From Sandaracinaceae bacterium (GTDB taxonomy: Bacteria; Myxococcota_A; Polyangia; Polyangiales; Sandaracinaceae), in the NCBI GenBank assembly GCA_044220955.1, contig JBGAQA010000138.1, forward strand, positions 1-14,291: a stretch of 14,291 nt of DNA, in the 5' to 3' direction. Of the stretch, positions 7,898-14,291 are shown one piece after another (the stretch's first letter is position 1; every line of letters begins with the position of its first letter). The notes beneath the pieces were generated by a model. It did not search any database. It was not told where the DNA came from and was given only the letters and a program-made list of their open reading frames with translations. The position numbers and the translations under genes were made by a program.

Positions 7898-9335
7898 AGG
7901 GCGCGACCAGCCTGCGCTTGCCGTCCTTGCTCCGCTGCTCGGGCGGCACGCCCTTCAACCCCTCGCGATCCCACCGCTGGCAGGTCACCTCCTTGTGCGC
8001 CTGGTCGAGCGCCTCGCAGTAGTTCGTGAACAGACAGCGTCGGATCGTCTCGCCGCGCCCCTGCCGGATCTTCTCGAGCCAGTCGGGATCGGCGAGCGAC
8101 TGGCGCGCGCTCGCGACGACGTCCGCATGGCCCGCCACGAGGATCGCCTCCGCCTGCTCGAACGTCGCGATGCCGCCCGCGGCGACGACCGGCGTGACGA
8201 AGCCCGCGGCGCGCACGCGCGCTCGCACGGCCGCCGCGAGCGGGACGTTCCGCGAGAAGGGTCCCGGCGGCTCGATGTGCACGGTCGGCATGCACTCCTG
8301 CCCGCTCGGCCCGGTGTACGGATACGCCGCCTCGCCGACCTTCGGCTGCTCGGCGTCCTCGAAGCGCCCGCCCTTGCTCACGCTGAGGAAGTCCATCCCC
8401 GCCCGCGCGAAGGCCTCGGCGAAGAAGCACGCGTCTTCGATGCGGCTGCCGCCCTCGACCACGTCGTCCCCGAGGAAGCGGGCTCCGACCACCCACCCCT
8501 CGCCCACCCGCGCGCGGACGGCGCGGAACACCTCGAGAGGCAGACGCGCACGGCCCTCGAGCGTCCCGCCGTAGCCGTCATCGCGCGTGTTCAGGCGGCT
8601 GAGGAACGAGCTCATCGTGTACGCGTGCGCGTAGTGCAGCTCGACCCCGTCGAAGCCTGCCTCCTTCACGCGCGCCGCGGCGTCGGCGAAGAGCGGCGGC
8701 AGCGCGCGCGGCAGCTCGCGCACGTGCGGCAGGTGCACGTCGGTCACGCGCTCGCGGTAGCCCATCCGCATCGACTCGAGCTCGCGCGGCGCGAGCACGC
8801 GCGCGAGCCCGGCGTCGTCGAGCGCCACGAGGTGCCGGCGGATCGCCGCGTCGTCGTCCATCCCGAGCCGCGCACGCAGCCCCTCGTCGATCACGAGGAA
8901 GCGCTCGAGGAACCTGTCCCGCGGCGGGCGCCGCTTGATCGCGAGGAAGTCGATCAGCTGCACGAAGACGCGCGTCACCCCCTCGCTCGCCTCGTGCACC
9001 GCGCGCGCAAGGCGGGCGAGCCCAGGGATGTAGCGGTCGTGCCCCGCGCGCAGGAGCGGCCCGCTCGGCACGTCGCGGATCCCCGTCGCCTCCACCACGA
9101 TCACCCCGGGCTTGCCGAGCGCGAAGCGCCGGTACCAGTCGATCACGTGATCGGTGACGAAGCCGTCGTCCGTCGCGCGCCAGGGCACCATGGCGGGCAC
9201 CCACGTGCGATCCCGCGCCTCGATCGGCCCGAGGCGCACCGGCGAGAACCAGCGCGCGCGCGCCGCTTCGTCGCGCGTCGGCCAGCGCTCGACGGGCAGG
9301 AGCTTGAGCAGCCGCTTGTCGACGCGCCCGGTCAC
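7896..9335 (-). CDS. NADH:flavin oxidoreductase / Old Yellow Enzyme family FMN-binding TIM-barrel protein
   Basis: FSPVRLG..EARDR, G.IVVEAT, GFDGVELHYAHAY (HxxHxY), SFLS..NTRDDGYGGTLEGRAR..LEV, PVVAAGGI and AD.V..AR..LADP are family motifs. GTG start. Confidence 0.93.
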   Translation of the reverse strand: MTGRVDKRLLKLLPVERWPTRDEAARARWFSPVRLGPIEARDRTWVPAMVPWRATDDGFVTDHVIDWYRRFALGKPGVIVVEATGIRDVPSGPLLRAGHDRYIPGLARLARAVHEASEGVTRVFVQLIDFLAIKRRPPRDRFLERFLVIDEGLRARLGMDDDAAIRRHLVALDDAGLARVLAPRELESMRMGYRERVTDVHLPHVRELPRALPPLFADAAARVKEAGFDGVELHYAHAYTMSSFLSRLNTRDDGYGGTLEGRARLPLEVFRAVRARVGEGWVVGARFLGDDVVEGGSRIEDACFFAEAFARAGMDFLSVSKGGRFEDAEQPKVGEAAYPYTGPSGQECMPTVHIEPPGPFSRNVPLAAAVRARVRAAGFVTPVVAAGGIATFEQAEAILVAGHADVVASARQSLADPDWLEKIRQGRGETIRRCLFTNYCEALDQAHKEVTCQRWDREGLKGVPPEQRSKDGKRRLVAP

Positions 9336-9343
9336 GCGGCCGC

Positions 9344-9349
9344 AGTGTA
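9344..9349 (-). promoter_or_regulatory. Putative -10 element (TACACT) 8 nt upstream of the oxidoreductase start
   Basis: The minus strand reads cTACACT-gcggccgc-GTG, with no Shine-Dalgarno sequence. Confidence 0.5.
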
Positions 9350-9500
9350 GTGCAGCAGCCCGTGCCGCGGCGCCCGGCGCCGCAGCCGCCCTGGCTCGTC
9401 GCCGCCATGCCGCGCCGCGAGCGTTGCTTGCCGGCTCCTCGCCGTCCTGCTCGCCGCCTCGCGTTGCCCGCGCCGACGCGAGCGGGCAGTCTCGCCGGAC

Positions 9501-9953
9501 ATGACGCGTGGCGCCTGGCTCCTCGGTCTCGTGCTCGCCGCGTGCGGCGGCGGGCCAGGCGTGGCCGAGCGGCGGGAGCCGCCCCCGCGCGTCGACGACG
9601 GGGCCCGCGAGGCCTCACCGGCGCGCGTGCCCGAGGCGTGCGCGACGCGCCCCGCCGCGCTGTCGAGCTACGACGCGATCACCGACGGTGTGCCGTTCTC
9701 CCTCGAGATCCGGCGTGACGACCATGGCGCGTGGCTACCGACCTCGCCGCTTCGGATGCCGATGCACCACGCGAGCATGATCTCGTGGACCGACGACACG
9801 CACCTGCTCGACGCCCATCCGTCGCGCGAGCCGATCGTGGTGATCGCGACCGGGCTCGGCCGCGTCTCGATCGAGCACGACGAGACCCACAACGTGTTCT
9901 TCGCGACCTACGGCGCCCGCGTCGAGCGCGTCTGCCCGGCGCTCGTGGACTGA
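9501..9953 (+). CDS. Hypothetical lipoprotein (150 aa)
   Basis: MTRGAWLLGLVLAAC carries a canonical LAAC lipobox, followed by a Pro/Arg-rich linker and a compact domain bounded by two Cys. Confidence 0.8.
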   Translation: MTRGAWLLGLVLAACGGGPGVAERREPPPRVDDGAREASPARVPEACATRPAALSSYDAITDGVPFSLEIRRDDHGAWLPTSPLRMPMHHASMISWTDDTHLLDAHPSREPIVVIATGLGRVSIEHDETHNVFFATYGARVERVCPALVD

Positions 9954-10052
9954 TCGCCGGTCCAGAGCTCGATCGGCTCGGCCGAGGGGACCACTCCTCG
10001 ATCGAGCGCAGCACCTCCACGTCTCCACGCGCGGCATGCGGGCATGCCCCGC

Positions 10053-10898
10053 TCACGCGCGCGCGTCGGCCTCCGACCGGTACACGAACCAGTACGTCGC
10101 GGCCACGAGCGCGCCCCCGCCCACGACGTTGCCGGCCGTGACCGGGAGCAGGTTCGCCAGCAGGAAGTCTCCCCAGGTCGGCGCGTGCGCGAGCCCCTCG
10201 AAGAGCGTCGGATCGCGCATGGCGAGGAAGATCGCGTAGGGCACGAAGTACATGTTCGCGATCGAGTGCTCGAAGCCCGCCGCGACGAACGCGGTGATGG
10301 GGAAGACCACCGCGAGAACGCGGTCGGTCGTGGTCCGCGCGCTGAGCGTGAGCCACACCGCCAGGCACACCAGCGCGTTGCAGAGCACGCCCCGGGCGAA
10401 GGCGGCGACCGGCGCGAGCGAGCACTTGGCGACGGCGATCGCGACGGCCGTGCGCCCCACCGCCCCGCCCCCGAGCAGGTGGGTGTCGGCCATCGCGACC
10501 AGGGCCGCGGTGCCCAGGGCGCCGACGAAGTTGCCGGCGAACACGAGGCTCCAGTTGCGCAGCACCGCGGCGTTCGTGACACGCCGGCTCGCCCACGCGA
10601 TGACCAGGAGCGCGTTGCCGGTGAAGAGCTCGGCGCCGCCCACGACCACGAGCACCAGGCCGAGGCAGAACGTGAGCCCGCCGAGCAGGCGCCCGACTCC
10701 GAACGGCAGCCCCTCGGCTCCCGTCATCGTGATCGTCGAGAACAGCGCGCCGAGCGAGATGAACGCGCCTGCCAGCACCGCCAGCGCGAAGAGCCGCCGC
10801 GCGGGCATCGCCGCCTTGGTCACGCCCGCCTCCTCGGCGCGCCGGGCCATCTCGGCGGGCATCAGGGCGTCGAAGCTCGGAGCCTTGTTCTCGGTCAT
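10053..10898 (-). CDS. focA: Formate/nitrite transporter (FNT) family channel, FocA-like
   Basis: Start reassigned to the ATG at 10898, with AGGTGA upstream. FDALMPAEMARRAEEAGVTKA resembles the FocA N-terminus as I recall it. FNT signature motifs: LAGAFI, GAELFTGN, RNW..V..GN.VG, CN.LVCLAVW, FVAAGFEHSIANM and LLPVT.GN.VGG. Confidence 0.92.
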   Translation of the reverse strand: MTENKAPSFDALMPAEMARRAEEAGVTKAAMPARRLFALAVLAGAFISLGALFSTITMTGAEGLPFGVGRLLGGLTFCLGLVLVVVGGAELFTGNALLVIAWASRRVTNAAVLRNWSLVFAGNFVGALGTAALVAMADTHLLGGGAVGRTAVAIAVAKCSLAPVAAFARGVLCNALVCLAVWLTLSARTTTDRVLAVVFPITAFVAAGFEHSIANMYFVPYAIFLAMRDPTLFEGLAHAPTWGDFLLANLLPVTAGNVVGGGALVAATYWFVYRSEADARA

Positions 10899-10995
10899 CG
10901 CCGGCTCACCTGGGCACCGCGGCCGGTGCCGCAATGCCCGAGCGCCGTTCCGTCGGCGCGCGCCACGGGATCCCGCGCGATGGGCCCGGAGGTGG

Positions 10996-12363
10996 TCAGG
11001 AGCCGGCGATCGTCATCGCGCTGACGCGGAACGTGGGGCTCGCGACGGAGCTCCGCAGGTCGAGGTCGTTGCCGACCGCGTCGATCCGCGCGAGCAGCTC
11101 GTTCAGGTTGAGCGAGATGGTGATCTCGCTGACCGGGAAGGCCTTCTCGCCCTCCTCGATCCAGAAGCCCGCCGCGCCGCGGCTGAAGTCGCCCGTCACC
11201 GCGTTGAAGCCCGAGCCCATCATGTCGGTGACGTAGAGCCCTCGTCGTGTGCTCTTGAGGATGTCGCCCGGCGACTCGGGCCCCGGCTGCAGGATGAAGT
11301 TGCTCGCGCCCGGGCCGACGCCCGCGCTGCCGCCGCGCGACGCGCTCGCCGTGCTCGCCATGCCGAGCTTGCGGCCGCTGTACGTGTCGAGGAGGTACGT
11401 CTTCAGCTCGCCGCGCTCGACGATGACGTTTCGCCGCGAGAGCAGGCCCTCGCCGTCGAACGCGCGCGAGCCGGGCGCGCGGGGGATCAGCGGGTCGTCG
11501 ATGATGGTCACGCGCTCGCTCGCCACGCTCGTGTCGAGCCGGTCGACGAGGTAGCTGCCCTTGCGCCAGATGCTCCCGCCCGAGATGCACCCGGCGAACA
11601 TGCCGAGGATCGAGCGCGCCGCGTCGGGATCGAACACGACGGGCGCCTCCTGGGTCGCGACCTTGTGCGCGCCGAGCTTGGCGAGCGTGCGGCGCGCCGC
11701 CTCCGTGCCGACCCACTCGTCCGAGTCGAGCTCGCGGTAGTGGCGCTTGGCCGTCCAGTGGTAGCCGCTGCGCTTCTTGCCGCCCTCGTCGTCCACGACG
11801 GGCGAGACCGTCAGGGACGCGTACGTGCCGCGCGACACGCCCGAGAAGCCACCGCTCGTCACGAGCGCCTTGCTCCCCGACGCGCGCGAGAACGTCGCGC
11901 CCTCCGAGTTGGTCACGCGCGGATCGAAGTCGCGCGCCGCCTTCTCACCCGCGAGCGCGTGCTTCAGCGCCGCGGCGCCGTCGACGGCGTCGACCGCGGG
12001 GTCGAAGAGGTCGAGCTCGACGTGCTCGCTCCGCTTGCTGAGCAGCGCCGGATCCGGCGGCCCCGCGAGCTCGTCGCGCTCCGAGAGCCGCGCCAGCTCG
12101 ATCGCGTCCTCGACGAAGCGCGCGATGCCGAACTCGCTCAGGTCGCTCGTCGCCGACACCGCCACGCGCCCGCCCGAGATCACGCGCAGTCCCACCGAGC
12201 GCGACCCCGCCTCCTCGACGAGCTCGGGCGCGCCGAGCCGCACCTTCGTCGAGAGGTGCGACCCCTCGGACGCCACCGCCTCCGCGACGTCGGCCCCGGC
12301 CTTCATCGCGCGCTCCACGATCTTCGCCCCGAGGTCGAGGAGCTCTTGCTGTCGGTCCTTCAT
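10996..12363 (-). CDS. tldE: TldE/PmbA, non-catalytic subunit of the TldD/E metalloprotease (455 aa)
   Basis: The real start is MKDRQQELL at 12363, 2 nt after the tldD stop. Family motifs: GADVAE, RTLAKLGA, PVVFDP, IIDDPL, SRAFDGEG, L.TYLLDTYS.RKLG, N.VTGDFSRGAAGFWIE.GE..FPVSEITI and SPT. No HExxxH motif. Confidence 0.95.
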   Translation of the reverse strand: MKDRQQELLDLGAKIVERAMKAGADVAEAVASEGSHLSTKVRLGAPELVEEAGSRSVGLRVISGGRVAVSATSDLSEFGIARFVEDAIELARLSERDELAGPPDPALLSKRSEHVELDLFDPAVDAVDGAAALKHALAGEKAARDFDPRVTNSEGATFSRASGSKALVTSGGFSGVSRGTYASLTVSPVVDDEGGKKRSGYHWTAKRHYRELDSDEWVGTEAARRTLAKLGAHKVATQEAPVVFDPDAARSILGMFAGCISGGSIWRKGSYLVDRLDTSVASERVTIIDDPLIPRAPGSRAFDGEGLLSRRNVIVERGELKTYLLDTYSGRKLGMASTASASRGGSAGVGPGASNFILQPGPESPGDILKSTRRGLYVTDMMGSGFNAVTGDFSRGAAGFWIEEGEKAFPVSEITISLNLNELLARIDAVGNDLDLRSSVASPTFRVSAMTIAGS

Positions 12364-12365
12364 GG

Positions 12366-13805
12366 TCACCCTACTCGCGTTCCGCCGACGGTGATCCCGG
12401 CGATCTTGATCGTCGGGCACGCGACGCCGACCGGCACCGACTGTCCATCCTTGCCGCACGTCCAGATGCCGTCGGACATCTCCATGTCGCGCCCGAGCAT
12501 CGTCACCTTGCGCATCACCTCGGGCCCGTTGCCGATGAGCTGCACGCCCTTGAGCGGCGCGGTGACCTTCCCGTTCTCCACGAGGTAGGCCTCGGTGAGC
12601 GAGAACACGAAGTCCCCGTTCGAGATGTCGACCTGCCCGCCGCCGAACTTCTTGGCGAACACGCCGCGCTCGACGCTCTTCAGGATCTCCTCCGGGTCGT
12701 GAGGCCCCTCGAGGAGCAGCGTGTTGGTCATGCGCGGCATCGGGTGCGAGCGGAACGACTCGCGCCGCCCGTTGCCCGACTCGCTCGTCACGAAGTGCTC
12801 CGCGCTCTGCCGGTCCTGCATGTACGCGCGCAGCACGCCCTTCTCGATGAGCGTCGTCGCCTCGGGCACGTTGCCCTCGTCGTCGACGTCGATCGAGCCG
12901 CGCGAGCCGGGGATGCGCGCGTCGTCCACCACCGTGCAGAGCTCGCTCGCGACGACCTGGCCGATCTGATCGGTGTAGTTCGACGTGCGCTTGCGGTTGA
13001 AGTCCGCCTCGAGCCCGTGCCCGACCGCCTCGTGCAGCAGGATGCCGCTGTCGCCCGGGGCAAGCACCACGTCCATCGTGCCCGCCGGGGCCTCGCGCGC
13101 GTCGAGCATGACGAGCGCCTGGCGGACGGCCTCGGCGGCGTGCCACTCGGGCGACTTGGTGTCGAAGTAGCCGAGGTCGAGGCGGCCGCCGCCGCCCGAG
13201 CTGCCTGCCTGGCGCTTGCCGTTCTGCTCGGCGATCGCGCGGATGCCGAAGCGCATGAGCGGCTGCACGTCGTGCACGAGCTTGCCGTCGCTCGTGGCGA
13301 TCAGGATCTCGCGGTACTCCTCGGCGAGCGAGGCCTCGACGCGCTTGACGCGCGGGTCGGCGGCGCGCGCGGCCACGTCGGCGCGGCGCAGGAGGTCGCG
13401 CTTCTCCTCGCCGGCGACGTCGAGCGTGAGCCGCGCGACCTCGTAGCGGTGCGGCGGCGAGATCGGGGTCAGGCCGTGCGGGGCGATCGTCTTGCCGCCG
13501 TCGGCGATCTGGCCGGCGATCTTCGCCGCGTGCTCCATCGACTCGGGCGAGAGATCCTCGGTGTACGCGTAGCCCGTCGCGTCGCCCTTGCGGACTCGCA
13601 CGCCGAGCCCGAGCGAGACGCCGCGGCCCGCAGACTTGAGGATTCCGTCCTCGAACCCGTAGCTGCCCGACGCCTCGTACTCGAAGAAGAGGTCGGCGTA
13701 GTCCCCGCCGCGCGCGAGGGCGACGGAGAGGAGGCGGGAGGCGGTGGCCTGGTCGATCGGGGCGCTGCCCCCGGGCCCGAAGGGCGCGCGATAGCGCTGG
13801 CTCAT
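12366..13805 (-). CDS. tldD: TldD, catalytic subunit of the TldD/E metalloprotease (479 aa)
   Basis: The likely start is MSQRYRAPF at 13805. Motifs: GGDYADLFFE, G.GVRV..G..TGYAY, GILLHEAVGHGLEADFNRK (HExxxH at 13017-13034), IDVDDEG, GNGRRES....PMPRMTNT, GGGQVDI and WTCGKDGQSVPVGV..PT (metal-ligand Cys). Confidence 0.97.
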   Translation of the reverse strand: MSQRYRAPFGPGGSAPIDQATASRLLSVALARGGDYADLFFEYEASGSYGFEDGILKSAGRGVSLGLGVRVRKGDATGYAYTEDLSPESMEHAAKIAGQIADGGKTIAPHGLTPISPPHRYEVARLTLDVAGEEKRDLLRRADVAARAADPRVKRVEASLAEEYREILIATSDGKLVHDVQPLMRFGIRAIAEQNGKRQAGSSGGGGRLDLGYFDTKSPEWHAAEAVRQALVMLDAREAPAGTMDVVLAPGDSGILLHEAVGHGLEADFNRKRTSNYTDQIGQVVASELCTVVDDARIPGSRGSIDVDDEGNVPEATTLIEKGVLRAYMQDRQSAEHFVTSESGNGRRESFRSHPMPRMTNTLLLEGPHDPEEILKSVERGVFAKKFGGGQVDISNGDFVFSLTEAYLVENGKVTAPLKGVQLIGNGPEVMRKVTMLGRDMEMSDGIWTCGKDGQSVPVGVACPTIKIAGITVGGTRVG

Positions 13806-13813
13806 GGCGGGGG

Positions 13814-13819
13814 ACTGTA
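13814..13819 (-). promoter_or_regulatory. Putative -10 element (TACAGT) 8 nt upstream of the tldD start
   Basis: The minus strand reads cTACAGT-cccccgcc-ATG, with no Shine-Dalgarno sequence. Confidence 0.5.
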
Positions 13820-13991
13820 GGCGCAAGGCGCGCGGGCGGGAAGCCGGGTTTCCGGGCGGGCCGCGGGCCAACCTCATCGCGCTCGCCACAGGGCTGTTAA
13901 GCTCCCGTCGTTGACCATCGAACGCAATGAGGTCTGCGTCGGAACGGCCGATGGTTGCTCGTTGCACCTGGTACGCATCGCACCGAGCGCC

Positions 13992-14291
13992 GTGACCGAA
14001 CGAGAGACTCGTGCCCGCCTCACGCTTCTCGTCGTGCTTGTAGCGATGTCCGCGCCGAGCTGCACGCTGACGCTCCCGTACCCCGCCCCTTCGATCGAGT
14101 CGTGTGTGGGCGGCGTCGACGATGATTTCGACGGCGCGACCGACTGCGACGACTCCGACTGCTGGGGGCAGTGCCCGGAGGAGACGCGCGCTGCGTGCGC
14201 CAACGAGCGAGACGACGACGGCGACGGCTATGCCGACCAATTCGATCCCCAGTGCTGGCCGTTCGCCAGCATCACGGTCGACCGGTGCCAG
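13992..14291 (+). CDS. Cys/Asp-rich putative lipoprotein, 3'-truncated by the window edge
   Basis: Not in the ORF track because it has no stop in the window. From the GTG at 13992: MTERETRARLTLLVVLVAMSAPSC-TLTLPYPAPSIESCVGGVDDDFDGATDCDDSDCWGQCPEETRAACANERDDDGDGYADQFDPQCWPF... This gives a signal peptide, a lipobox-like APSC and two DDDxDG motifs. The exact start is uncertain. Confidence 0.8.
   Translation, partial: MTERETRARLTLLVVLVAMSAPSCTLTLPYPAPSIESCVGGVDDDFDGATDCDDSDCWGQCPEETRAACANERDDDGDGYADQFDPQCWPFASITVDRCQ

Noticed and set aside
12364..13146. Apparent 716-aa TldE, or a TldD-TldE fusion or frameshift
   Set aside because: The extension is an off-frame reading of tldD. TldD ends normally at TGA 12366 and TldE starts 2 nt later.
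10996..13805. tldD/E as part of a RiPP biosynthetic cluster
   Set aside because: No YcaO, radical SAM, lanthipeptide enzyme, ABC exporter or convincing precursor peptide is visible. The pair looks like the housekeeping type.
7890..13820. Plus-strand ORFs 7890-9350, 10044-11024, 10252-12588 and 12699-13820
   Set aside because: Antisense shadows of the oxidoreductase, focA, tldE and tldD, with no motifs.
13806..14240. 145-aa N-terminal extension of TldD, and the 13874-14203 minus-strand ORF
   Set aside because: Both are antisense to the plus-strand lipoprotein, and TldD-like sequence begins only at MSQRY.

Overview
Very GC-rich, gene-dense window. The Cys-rich lipoprotein repertoire suggests a myxobacterium (inference). 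In order, it contains: the 3' end of a hypothetical gene; a lipoprotein M1 zinc aminopeptidase; a ~1010-aa modular surface lipoprotein (five MopE-like Cys/Asp repeats, a putative beta-helix and a Gly-rich tail); a divergent, coupled pair of secreted genes (a lipoprotein with nine 4-Cys modules and a small His/Cys protein); an atypical NADH:flavin oxidoreductase; a small lipoprotein; a co-directional tldD-tldE(pmbA)-focA run; and the start of another Cys/Asp-rich lipoprotein. I found no mobile elements, CRISPR arrays, tRNA or rRNA genes. The most notable observations are the architecture of the large lipoprotein, the density of exported disulfide-rich proteins around a surface peptidase, a FocA channel behind tldDE, and a recurring -10-like hexamer 6-8 nt before several start codons, which suggests leaderless mRNAs. 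No new system is proven from sequence alone.
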